A DNA stretch of 64,000 nucleotides, taken from the human T2T-CHM13v2.0 reference genome, Homo sapiens. The stretch lies in the NCBI RefSeq assembly GCF_009914755.1, contig NC_060927.1; one strand, 5' to 3'. Shown here one piece after another: positions 1 through 14,595 of the stretch. The position numbers were made by a program, and so were the translations under genes. Positions within the stretch are counted from its first letter, which is position 1; each line of letters opens with the position of its first letter. The notes beneath the pieces were generated by a model. That model saw only the letters and a program-made list of their open reading frames with translations, had not been told where the DNA came from and did no database searches.

Positions 1-308
1 AACTGTTAAAAAGACAATGGTTGGTTTGGATGCGAGTGTTTAATTTGTGCCAAATTACACAGGATACAGTAAATATTTAGGGAATGGCAAGAATACAATA
101 AATCCTCTAGGCCTTCCTAATTCAGTTGGTTAGGAAAATCTCACTATGACCTTTCTGTAACAAAAGAGACAGGCTCCTGTTCAGTTTTACCTACTGTACA
201 GTCTCCTTTATTCCATGATCCTTAGGCCAAGGAGACACTGTTCTCATTTACTCAAGACGAATTTGTGTCCAAAGCCCACATTTATGCCTATAGTCAAAAA
301 TAGCTCTC

Positions 309-768
309 CACTTTGGGAGGCTGAGGCAGGCAGATCACTTGAGGTCAGGAGTTCGAGACCAGCCTGGCCAACATGGTGAAACATCGTCTCTACTAAAAAT
401 GTAAAAATTAGCTGGGTGTGGTGGCGCATGCTTTAATCCCAGCTACTGGAGAGGCTGAGGCAGGAGAATTGTTTGAACCAGGGAGTCAGAGGTTGCAGCG
501 AGCCAAGATTGTGTCACTGCACTTTAGCCTGCCGACAGAGCGAGATTCTGTCTCAAAAAAAAAAAAAACAAAAGAAAAGAAAAGAAAAAAATTAAAAATT
601 AGCCAGGCAAGCTGGCACTCACCTGTAGTCTGTAGTTTCAGCTACTCAGAAGGCTGAGGAAGGTCACTTGAGTGTGGGAGAAAGAGGCTGCAGTGAGCTA
701 TGACCATGCCATCATACTCCAGCTTGAGTGACAGAGGAAGAACCTTTCTTGAGGAAAGAAAAGAAAAG
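309..768 (+). mobile_element. 5'-truncated AluS followed by an older AluJ-like right monomer
   Basis: Alu consensus from cactttggg, A tail about 555-590, then a diverged second right arm. Confidence 0.85.
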
Positions 769-2301
769 GCATATGGAGCTGTGCTCTGGTCAGAGAGACT
801 GAGGAAAGGCTGGCTGAGCTGAGACTTGAAGGAGGGTGGAGTGAGGCCTGTGTGCAAAGTATCCTCTCTGCCTGATTCACCTCACCCTGAGATGGCAAAA
901 GGCAAGGTGAGTTCTGGGGTAGATAGAAACCCTGAGTGGATGGGGGTGCAATCAGGAGATGGTGTGACAAACCTGGCAGGTAGGCCAGCTGCTAGCCCTG
1001 AGAGTTCCCTCATGCTAATTACTAAGGCACTTCTTCCTCTCCTAGCAGTTACAGCCAAAGCCAAATTTTGGCCTTGGCTTGTGGAGTGTGTGACCTGGAT
1101 TCCAGGCCCCACTTACCCCCTCAGCCAGGCACCAACTCCACACCTATATACAGTGGCCCTGGCTGCAGAGGCAGGCAGGGGCCAGACCCTGCGAAGCCTT
1201 GTAGAATGTTTAAAGAATTCTGTTTTTAGTTTAAGAACAATGAGAAGAAAATGGTTGGGTGGGTTCATATTTGCAGTGATCCCTCTGGCTGATTAAGGAC
1301 CACAGAGAAACATCGCCAATTTAGAGAAGTCCACCGTGAGTATATTGTTCCCCACTTTTTCGGTGAGTCAGCCTTCCTCAGAAACCACACTTCAAAAATA
1401 GCTTTTTCGGCTAGAAAATTGGAACTCAGTGCAAAGCTGCCTGTACTCCTCAGGAAATATTTTGCTGCCTCTTTGGTGGTTCTTTTTGGCCTTGCAGCCT
1501 GACAGGAGTCACCAAATGTGGCCTTGAGTTGATCCGAGGATTTCTGTTATGGCAAACTTTTATTGCCAACTTTGCAATTGGTGGCCTTGGACAAATTTAT
1601 TAACTTGTATATTCTTTAGCTTGCTTACGTGTAAAATGAGGTGGGTTAGCAAGATCCTTCCTAGCTCTAAAATTTTGTGAGATTTTTTTTTTCCCCTTTC
1701 AGTAACTTGTGGTAAAACTATAGACATAGCTACTGAATCACGTTGGGAAGTTTAGGACCTGTATCCACACCCACTAATAGCCACCTTGTTTCAGAGAGAA
1801 ATGAGAGTGCAGAGGGATTTTCCAGGATGATCCTTGGTTATAGTAGGTTACTTAGAGTGTGGGGGAAATCCTTAAAGCCGGTTAACATGACAGAATGGGT
1901 TCTACTGTGAGTTGCTGCCACAACTGGCACCCTTGTTTTCTTGTTTCTCTCCTGGATCCCTTTGGATATGTTTCTTCTCTGGGCCTCAGTTTAGTTATCT
2001 GTATAATTGGACTAGACTGATTCATCTTTGAAGACTGCTACAAAATTTCTGTGATGGGATTCTAAACCTTTTTATAACCATAAATGACTGCTCTAGAATG
2101 TGTAACTATTATAGGGAAAGATTTATTAATTATTTATTGGAATTGGGTAATACATGTTCATATTTTAAATATATATAATTAAAATATATACAAACATATG
2201 TATTAATATATTTTTAATTTCACAATAGAAAAACATAACGGTTTTTGAGTTGCAAAACTAGGTCCTGCTGTTTCTCCCTTCTTTCTCACCATCCCTCGTT
2301 C

Positions 2302-2592
2302 TTTTTTTTTTTTTTGAGACGGAGTCTGGCTCTGTCACCCACGCTGGAGTGGCACAATCTCAGCTCACTTCAACCTCCACCTCCCAGGTTCAAGTGATTC
2401 TCGTGTCTCAGCCTCCTGAACAGCTGGGATTACAGGCATGCGCCACCACGCCCAGCTAATTTTTATGTTTTTAGTAGAGATGGGGTTTCGCCATGTTGGC
2501 CAGGCTGGTCTCAAACTCCTAGCTTCAGCTGATCCACCCACCTCAGCCTCCCAAAGTTCTGGGATTACAGTTATGATCCACCGCACCCAGCC
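2302..2592 (-). mobile_element. Alu (S family)
   Basis: T tail followed by reverse-strand Alu consensus. Confidence 0.92.
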
Positions 2593-2816
2593 CTCTTTCT
2601 TACTCTAGGACTATCAGTAAGTGAAACTCCACCCAGCAGACCACAGAGGCAGCTGTCTACATGAAAGATGGGTGGCATGTTTATGGAAAGTTTTGTCCTA
2701 AAAGTCTTTGGGGTTTGTCGTGATTGCTGTGATAAACAGCCCAACTGTTGACTAAAAAGCATCTCAGGCAAGAACTGGTTCCCAGATTTCTGAGAATTTC
2801 TGTTAATCTGTAGAGG

Positions 2817-2852
2817 GTGTGTGTGTGTGTGTCTGTCTGTCTGTCTGTCTGT
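2817..2852. repeat. (GT)n(CTGT)n compound microsatellite
   Basis: Seen directly. Confidence 0.9.
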
Positions 2853-3359
2853 CTTTTGTTCCAAATACAGGTAAGTGCCAGGGCATTGGAGTGGTATACA
2901 TTTTATCAGATACAGAAGAAAATAATTTCTGCTCAGAGTAACTTCGTTAGTTTTTTTCCAGCTTGGAAACTTGCTTGCTTTCTAATTATAGACTGTTGTT
3001 GGGCAGGTTATGAACTAAAACCAGTTCTATAGAACTTCAGGCTCTGTTCTTTTCTCTTGGACATGAGCAACCAGAACAGGTGAAACAAATTTGGAATTGC
3101 TTGAGTTAGGCCTGGATTTTTCATTGTTCCTTGTCCTGGACTTTAGGCACTCAACCTAAATATGTATTTTACTTGTCTAGAGGAAAATAAAAACAGCTTG
3201 ACATGAATTTTGTTATATGCTTCACTTCATGAATTATTATTTTAATAAGTATTCCAGAATGAACTGAGTAGGAGCCCTCTGATGCTTTGCTGCCAGCCAA
3301 CCCACTCCTACTTGCAGGGTATGCAAAGGAATTTCCTTGAATTTCAATCCTCCATTTGA

Positions 3360-3698
<339 letters not shown>

Positions 3699-3960
3699 GA
3701 TCTTTGTTTTTCTTTACGGCTCAGAAGAAACATTTGGGTAGGTTATAGGTCAAAGTCAAGGCTTTGTAAAGGGTTTTTTACATTCAGGAGCCTTTCCCCA
3801 ATTTCATTTGTTCATTTTTAAATACCAATTTTTTTTATTCATCAAGGAATACATGGCCATTGAAAAAAATATGAAAATAAAAATAAGCAAATGGAAATAA
3901 ACTCCCCTTATCCTACTATACTGTAGTCTTTGGTATAATTTTTCAGTTTCTCTAAGTATC

Positions 3961-4273
3961 TTTTTATTTTTTAATTGAGACGGGATCTCACTCTGTTACC
4001 CAGGCTAGAGTATAGTGGCACCATCACAGCTCCCTGCAGCCTTGACCTCTGAGCTCAGATGATCCTCCTACCTCAGCTTTCCAAGTAGTGGGGACTATAG
4101 GTGTGTGCTGCCACACCTGGCTAATTTTTGTGGGGTGTTTTTTTTTTTTTTTGGAGAGATGGGGTTTCGCCATGTTGCCTAGGATGGCCTCAAACTCCTG
4201 GGCTCAAGCGATGCATCCGCCACCTCGGCTTCCCAGAGTGCTGGGATTACAGACATGAGCTACCACACTGGCT
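3961..4273 (-). mobile_element. AluJ
   Basis: Reverse Alu with J-type features (cagccttgacc, gggctcaagcgat). Confidence 0.88.
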
Positions 4274-4849
4274 TAGAATCTTTTGTGATGCTGGGAATTA
4301 GATAATATTAATCTATAAGAGTTTCAAGGCCTCTTCATTCACTCTCCACTCTCTACAACCTGCTGAAGGGGATTGTGGTTTTGATTCATCAGATTCTTTC
4401 CTTCCTCAGGCGTATAAGGGAATTTTTTCTTTCCCAGACCAATTCCGGGGTTGTCTCAGAAGACAGGGCATAATCCAGATAAAATAAAACAGAAAGAAAG
4501 TGCAGAGAGGCCAAGTAGACCCAGGTAACACAGAACCAAGAGGGAGGGGAAGAGGGCAGAGAGAATAGCACATGTGCTGGGTATTGGGGAAGGTTGGGGC
4601 ACTGGGGTGCTATAGACTGGCACAAGAGGATCTGGAGGATGAGCAGAAAACCAGGATTTGGATTGGAGAAGGAACAGCTTCGCTGTGGTTCATGAACTGA
4701 AATTCCATTAATGTTGTTGGCGAGATGGGACAAGTAGAGATGGACTTTTGTGGTTGGTCTGTGCCAAGCGGCGGTTGTGGGTTGGAGAGCAGCTGCTTTT
4801 ATGTTTTTGTATTTCCTTTTTTATATATTCATTTTATTTCTGATTATGA

Positions 4850-5494
<645 letters not shown>

Positions 5495-5871
5495 TAGAAA
5501 CTTCTACTTCTGAGCTATCTAACTTATATGATAAATCTACCTAACAGACAATGCATTATGTATTACAATTGCTTTTACCCACTCAATATATAATGTCTTC
5601 CCATATTATTAAATGCACTTCAATGTTTTAAAGATAGCTGTGTATACAATACCACAGCTATTGGTATTGTTGGCCATATAGGTCGTTTCTGAAAGTTTTT
5701 AATCATAAATACCACTAATATCAATACTGTTACAACTCAATCTTTGCGTTTTTGTTTAATTCCTTAGACTATATTCTGAGGAGGGGATTTATTGGCTTGA
5801 AGGATACAAGTATTTGCAAGGATTTTGAATGAAATTAGCAACTTATTATTGTAGAGTTTAGTTTTAAATTA

Positions 5872-6215
<344 letters not shown>

Positions 6216-6741
6216 TTAGCTTTGTGCATCTTAATAGAAATTTTTAGCTTTTTCAAAGCAGTTTGACATTGATTTTATCCCTTAATTTCACCCATTCAGG
6301 TGTGAAAAGCTTTTACTCTTAATTTTAAAATGTTCAAAATTCCTTTTATGTTTCAGTAGGCAGAAACAGAGCTAAAATTTAAAGGGATTTTTGAAAAAGA
6401 ATTGTATTTATCCTGAATACGAATCCCAATATGAGCATGAGTTCTTCATCTCTTCCATTTCAGAGAAAGTAAGCTCTTGGCATCACCCTCCCTTATCCTG
6501 TCTTCCCCCTTCCCTCATTTCAAATCAGCAATGTTACTATTCAGGGCATGAGGAGAACACACTATCGTCTGTGTCCTTCCCAAGTAAAGTCCTCATTAGC
6601 CTCTAGGGTAAAAAGTTAAGTAACTCATTGTACCAGCCCACCACAGACGTCTTGTTAAGGGTTTTGTATACACAGTGGATTGGGGTGGGCGACTATAATG
6701 CCCAAAACTTTGTCTAAATTTCTTCTTCTTATTATCATTAT

Positions 6742-7024
<283 letters not shown>

Positions 7025-7294
7025 ATAAATTTCTTCTACATAATGTGTTTCCTCCATTATCAATAGTAGTGTAATTGCTATTACATACTAAACATTTGGC
7101 TTATATAAGAATGAATCTGGAACTGTGTGCTTGAAAATCTGCATTGGTAACTCATCTCCTAATGATACTTTGGGCATTTTAAAACACTTATAATGAACTC
7201 TCTATGTGAGGAGTCATAAACTCAAATGCCTCCATGGGGCAGGCAGGTTATGTAAGAGAGCGATTCAGGCCAGCTATTAGAAAAACAATGATTA

Positions 7295-7623
<329 letters not shown>

Positions 7624-8114
7624 TCACTTTGGGCCTATGTGTCCATGATGCAGTAGAGAGCAGTGTGGACTGGGGCTCAATGGAGACTGTTTATTCTGTC
7701 TGAATGAGAAGGCACTCAAGCCAGCTGTTGACATGTGGGAAAGTGGGCCTAGCACTGTTATTTTCTTGTTCCAGGAGAACAAGAAATCCCAAGTTTTCTG
7801 GATTTTTTTTTAACACATGGGTTTCAAGTAAAAGTTTTTTAGAACACTGTACAGGCCAAACAAAAATGTGACTGTATACTGGATCTAGCCCATGGAGGCC
7901 ATTATGTGGCCTGTATTCTACATTCATCCATCATGAGCTTCTCTGAGGATTTAAATAAACCTTTAGAGCTAAGAAAACACAACCTACTGTGTACTAGAGC
8001 CCAGGAGGTAAGGAAGCTAAACATAGTACCTTCAAAAGAAGTTTTAGTCTTCAAAATTGTGGACCTCTAACGAGATACTTTGATGGGAACTGCCTGGGTG
8101 TGATCTCAGCTCCA

Positions 8115-8116
<2 letters not shown>

Positions 8117-8152
<36 letters not shown>

Positions 8153-8432
8153 GAGATAAGGTCTCACTCTGTCACCCAGCCAGGAGTGCAGTGGGGGAAT
8201 CTTGGCTCACTGGAGACTCAACCTCCCAGGTTCAAGCGATCCTCCCACCTCAGCCTCCTGAGTAGCTGGGAACACAGGTGTGTGCCACCACACCTGGCTA
8301 ATTTTCATATTTTTGTAGAGATGGGTTTTGCCATGTTGCCTGGGTTGGTCTTGAACCCCTGGGCTCAAGTGATCCTCCCACCTTGGCCTCTGAAAGTGCT
8401 GGGATTATAGGTGTGAACTACCATTCCTGGCC
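8117..8432 (-). mobile_element. AluJ with long T tail
   Basis: Reverse Alu consensus after a T run of about 33. Confidence 0.88.
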
Positions 8433-8650
8433 TTCCCCACCATTTTCTAACCTCTGTGCCTTAGCTTCTTCATTTGAGAAATGAACTAATAGTATCTCCT
8501 TTATAAGGTTATGAGAAATCAAATGAGACAATTTAGATAAAGTATTAAAGTATTAGTAAGTTCTCAATAATTGTTTTTACTCCTCTTTCTCCTTTTGCTA
8601 CTTCTATTGCTGAACTAGTCACCCCTCATTTTTTCTTCCTCATATTTCAG

Positions 8651-8868
8651 GTTTCTGAGTCCCTTCAACATGATCCTGGGAGGAATCGTGGTGGTGCTGG
8701 TGTTCACAGGGTTTGTGTGGGCAGCCCACAATAAAGACGTCCTTCGCCGGATGAAGAAGCGCTACCCCACGACGTTCGTTATGGTGGTCATGTTGGCGAG
8801 CTATTTCCTTATATCCATGTTTGGAGGAGTCATGGTCTTTGTGTTTGGCATTACTTTTCCTTTGCTGT
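8651..8868 (+). CDS. ARL6IP5: ARL6IP5 (JWA/PRAF3, PRA1 family) internal coding exon 2, 218 nt
   Basis: Polypyrimidine tract and tttcag| acceptor at 8650; translates (G)[72 protein letters not shown], which I recognise as ARL6IP5; donor T|gtaagt at 8869. Confidence 0.97.
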
Positions 8869-9124
8869 GTAAGTGAACTTGAGTTTTTTCTTCCATCATC
8901 AAAAAAATGTAGAAGCAATTATCCAACGGGAATTCCATAACCCATTTCTTATATGTGTTGGCATGTCAGCAAAAGTGTCAGAATTTTCTAAAACAGCTTT
9001 CTACTTGTTATCCAACTAGACCCAGATAACGCAGAACTGAGGTCAAGAACTATGAGGTCAAGGCCTTATAGTTCATTAATTCCACAAATATTTGTTGGGG
9101 CATCTGCTATGTGTCATACATTCT

Positions 9125-9370
9125 TTTGTTGTTGTTGAGATGGGGTCTACTCTGTCACCCATGCTGTGGTGTTATCTCGGCTTACTGCAACCTCTGCCTC
9201 CTGAATAGCTGGGACCACAGGTGCACACCCAGCTAATTTTTTGTGTTTTGGGTAGAGACCGGGGTTTTACTATGTTGCCCAGGCTGATCTCGGACTCCCA
9301 AGCTTGAGTGATCTAGCTTCCTTGGACTCCCCAAGTGCTGGGATTACAGGCGTGAGCCACTTCGCCCAGC
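9125..9370 (-). mobile_element. AluJ with internal deletions
   Basis: Diverged reverse Alu. Confidence 0.8.
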
Positions 9371-10224
9371 TGTGTGCCATACATTCTTATGGGGACACAA
9401 CAGTAAACAGAACAAAGACAAATCCCAGGTCATACAGCAGGAATGTGGCATAACCTGCACTAGACTCCAGATTTGTCTAATAAGAGAGTCTATTCTCAAT
9501 TTTTAAGTGCCATTCCTATTGTCCTGACACAGGAATGAATGTATTTATTATTTGGAAGTAGACTATTTATTCTCCACTTGCTCAGGAGATCATAACTAGT
9601 GTTAAAAGTTTGGTAAGTCTATAGGAATAATTGGCTCAGAATATAGGTACTAAATACTCAGATTCTGGTGAAGAGATCTAGATATTCTCTAAGTTTTACA
9701 TGAATTATTTACTAAGACTCCAAACACTTGAAGCCTGAAATAGACAAGAAATAAAATCCCAGCCTAATCAGCAGAAATCTGATTAAAATTCTAGTATATT
9801 AAGTGACAGGCACATCCCTTTAACTTTCAATAACATTTGACATGTGCACTTATTCCACTAAATGAAATTATTTGCTTGTTTAGGGCTTTGTTAGATTAAG
9901 TCCAGAATATTTATGGATACATCCCATACCCTATTGGATAAAATATCTGAGCCAACAAATTCACACATTTTTGGAATTTTCTTCAGGTTTTCTGTAGGTG
10001 CTTAACGCTTAGTATTTCAATGATTCTATTTAATCAAACAGCTTGCTAATTTTAATACCTTTCCACATCAGAACCTGAGACAGGCCAGTGTAACGAAATG
10101 TATCAGAGGTAGACAGTTAAGAGTCCTGATTTCTATTCTTAGACCTGCTGGAAACCAGCATGTGATTTGGACCAGTCATCCTATATGGGCTGTAGTTCAC
10201 TCATCAATAAAGTAAGGAGATTAG

Positions 10225-10740
10225 ATAAGTGATTCCCAAACGGATAATTGTGAGAAGCATTCAGGATACTTTTTAAAAATATACATTTCCCAGCCACATC
10301 TTTATTTTGTGGGTCAACAGTGGTACCCAAGGATGTTAGGTTTTTAGAAAGCTCGTCAACTATTTCTAACGGGTGGTCTAGGTTGAGATCCTCCAGATGA
10401 ATCCACATCAGGGTTTTTCAAAATAAGGGTCCAAGATCCACCTACATCAGAATCATCTGGAGTGATTATTAAAATAATGAATTCTGGAGCCTTCCCTCAG
10501 TTGTAACAGTCTGAATTTGGGGTGATGGAGACCAGGAATTTGCCTATTTAACAGGCTCTCCAGGTGATTTGAATGTACATGGAAGTTGTAAAACCACTGG
10601 TATAGATCATATGGAGAGAGGGTTACCTGTTTAAAATACAGATTCCCAGGCCTGTCTCTTTAAGGCTCAGGTGGAGGAGGTCCAGGAAAGGGGATAGGGA
10701 ATCTGTGGTAAAATAATCAAGCAAGTTTGGGGAACGGTAG
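10225..10740. mobile_element. Cluster of MER5-type (hAT-Charlie) fragments
   Basis: catcagaatcatctggag...ccaggaatttg...tttaacagg...ccaggtgatt...aaaaccactg at 10408-10599, with similar degenerate copies on each side. Confidence 0.6.
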
Positions 10741-11275
10741 GCTATAGAAACTCTGTAAAGCCCTTAGATTTTTACATCTAGAATTCTATACCCAACACTT
10801 TGGGTAAAGCCTCCGGGAGGCACTTTAAAAGTGGACTTTACTCACGTGCTCCTGCAGGGAACAAGATACAGATAATCCCGAATCGGGCAAGAGTTCTTTT
10901 CTGGAAAGCCTCGGGTAAGTTGATTTTTAAGTAGGATGGAATCCCGTTGATTCACTCTGAATTTCAGGACATTTAAGTAGCATCTGCAAGGTGACGATAT
11001 CAGTGTGTGAAGGAAAGGGTGTGGCTTCCAGATAATGGTCCTTCCTGTTGAATACAGCATTTTCCTTTAATGCAGAAAAAAAACTATGTATGACTTGATG
11101 GAGAGCTTTACATAAAGTCCAAGGAGCCATTTGAAAGCTTGCATCAATTCGAGAAGCAGACTGGACTGTGGCTAACTAAGGCAGTTTACTAATAGTGTGA
11201 AGAGAGGGAGTGTAATATTGATATGGCAAAAGAGAATTGTTGCTTTGGTGTTAACCAGGTGTCCCTTCTCTGCAG

Positions 11276-11448
11276 TGATGTTTATCCATGCATCGTTGAG
11301 ACTTCGGAACCTCAAGAACAAACTGGAGAATAAAATGGAAGGAATAGGTTTGAAGAGGACACCGATGGGCATTGTCCTGGATGCCCTAGAACAGCAGGAA
11401 GAAGGCATCAACAGACTCACTGACTATATCAGCAAAGTGAAGGAATAA
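11276..11448 (+). CDS. ARL6IP5: ARL6IP5 terminal coding exon 3 (173 nt coding part)
   Basis: Acceptor cccttctctgcag| at 11275; the phase joins exon 2 (T|TG = Leu); encodes [57 protein letters not shown] then TAA. Confidence 0.97.
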
Positions 11449-12890
11449 ACATAACTTACCTGAGCTAGGGTTGCAGCAGAAATTGAGTTGCAGCTTGCCC
11501 TTGTCCAGACCTATTTTCTGCTTGCGTTTTTGAAACAGGAGGTGCACGTACCACCCAATTATCTATGGCAGCATGCATGTATAGGCCGAACTATTATCAG
11601 CTCTGATGTTTCAGAGAGAAGACCTCAGAAACCGAAAGAAAACCACCACCCTCCTATTGTGTCTGAAGTTTCACGTGTGTTTATGAAATCTAATGGGAAA
11701 TGGATCACACGATTTCTTTAAGGGAATTAAAAAAAATAAAAGAATTACGGCTTTTACAGCAACAATACGATTATCTTATAGGAAAAAAAAAATCATTGTA
11801 AAGTATCAAGACAATACGAGTAAATGAAAAGGCTGTTAAAGTAGATGACATCATGTGTTAGCCTGTTCCTAATCCCCTAGAATTGTAATGTGTGGGATAT
11901 AAATTAGTTTTTATTATTCTCTTAAAAATCAAAGATGATCTCTATCACTTTGCCACCTGTTTGATGTGCAGTGGAAACTGGTTAAGCCAGTTGTTCATAC
12001 TTCGTTTACAAATATAAAGATAGCTGTTTAGGATATTTTGTTACATTTTTGTAAATTTTTGAAATGCTAGTAATGTGTTTTCACCAGCAAGTATTTGTTG
12101 CAAACTTAATGTCATTTTCCTTAAGATGGTTACAGCTATGTAACCTGTATTATTCTGGACGGACTTATTAAAATACAAACAGACAAAAAATAAAACAAAA
12201 CTTGAGTTCTATTTACCTTGCACATTTTTTGTTGTTACAGTGAAAAAAATGGTCCAAGAAAATGTTTGCCATTTTTGCATTGTTTCGTTTTTAACTGGAA
12301 CATTTAGAAAGAAGGAAATGAATGTGCATTTTATTAATTCCTTAGGGGCACAAGGAGGACAATAATAGCTGATCTTTTGAAATTTGAAAAACGTCTTTAG
12401 ATGACCAAGCAAAAAGACTTTAAAAAATGGTAATGAAAATGGAATGCAGCTACTGCAGCTAATAAAAAATTTTAGATAGCAATTGTTACAACCATATGCC
12501 TTTATAGCTAGACATTAGAATTATGATAGCATGAGTTTATACATTCTATTATTTTTCCTCCCTTTCTCATGTTTTTATAAATAGGCAATAAAAAATGTTT
12601 TGCCTGCCAATTGAATGATTTCGTAGCTGAAGTAGAAACATTTAGGTTTCTGTAGCATTAAATTGTGAAGACAACTGGAGTGGTACTTACTGAAGAAACT
12701 CTCTGTATGTCCTAGAATAAGAAGCAATGATGTGCTGCTTCTGATTTTTCTTGCATTTTAAATTCTCAGCCAACCTACAGCCATGATCTTTAGCACAGTG
12801 ATATCACCATGACTTCACAGACATGGTCTAGAATCTGTACCCTTACCCACATATGAAGAATAAAATTGATTAAAGGTTTTTTTGGTGAGA
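11449..12890 (+). other. ARL6IP5: ARL6IP5 3' UTR (3' end approximate)
   Basis: AT-rich sequence with no recognisable repeats after the stop codon; AATAAA at 11735, about 12188, 12461, about 12587 and 12859, plus ATTAAA at 12869. Confidence 0.75.
12859..12874 (+). terminator. Distal poly(A) signals of ARL6IP5 (AATAAA 12859-12864, ATTAAA 12869-12874)
   Basis: Two hexamers followed by a U/GU-rich tract (ggtttttttggtg). Confidence 0.7.
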
Positions 12891-12891
12891 C

Positions 12892-12897
12892 TTTATT
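12892..12897 (-). terminator. Candidate distal poly(A) signal of LMOD3 (AATAAA on - strand)
   Basis: tttatt on +; U-rich sequence follows on the - strand; consistent with my recollection that LMOD3 has an approximately 3 kb 3' UTR abutting ARL6IP5. Confidence 0.6.
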
Positions 12898-13505
12898 TAA
12901 TGCACATCTGTCTTAAATACCTGAGAAACTTGGCGACGACCCTATAAACAGTGAAGCAAACACTTCAGCTGTTTCAAATACTGTTTAGTAAAGCTTGAAT
13001 ACTTTATTAACTTGCAGCCAGAATAAAACAATTCCAGTGGGATCCTATTTTTAAACCTGGCACGAGTTTTATATACATGTTAGCCCAGTTTTATATACAT
13101 GTTAGCCCATTCCATTTTCTACAAGGTGAATTCTGCCGATAAAATCCAATAAATTTGGAGAAACTAATAAAAAAAAAGATACCTGTAATTACTAATGGCC
13201 AGTAGTCAATTCTGGAAGGGTAATAACAGAAAAATGTAACATATAAATGTTGTAAATTATGATTACATTTAAAAACAAGCTAAAATCTGCAACTAAGATC
13301 TTTAGGGTTGGGTGGTAGAAAAAGCATAATGTGAACTGCTTCACCTCTTTTGGCAAAACCTGTGTATTGAGGCCATAAGCTATGAAATTGGATCATCTTT
13401 TCTTCTTGTATATCTAAGATAAAAACCCTCTTACTGTGCATTTTGAAATTCCTGACTTTAATAATACTGTGGCTATACAAACAAATGCATAGGGGCTTTC
13501 TAGAA

Positions 13506-13819
<314 letters not shown>

Positions 13820-14202
13820 TAGAATTTCAACTACTAATTTACATTAAGCTTTTAATTATGTTTAAAGTGCTTTTCCTATCAGAGTTTAGCCTCTTAGATG
13901 TAGTATGTGCTAGACACTTGAAGTTTTGTTTGTTACAGCCCTTTCTTAGCTATCCTGCTTTGTATGCAAGGATGTTTTCTAGAAATATTGAAGGGTGAGA
14001 AAACAAAACTATCAGCCATTGAAAACTATATTTAAATTTGGATACTTTTGTACATACTAAATTATCTTAAAAAAATAGAAACACCATATTTCTTTCCCAT
14101 GGCTTGTCTTTCCAAATAATGTGTTGTTTTTAAGTCTGTCACAATTAGACCTATTCTCCCCTAGCCTGTTTGGTTTGATACATGCCACTTATGATAACAT
14201 AA

Positions 14203-14595
<393 letters not shown>

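Noticed and set aside
826-1296. 156-aa + strand ORF in ARL6IP5 intron 1
   Set aside because: Non-ATG start, no recognisable domain, and it appears to overlap decayed L2-like sequence.
11197-11275. N-terminal extension of ARL6IP5 exon 3 in the ORF track
   Set aside because: Intronic sequence upstream of the acceptor at 11275.
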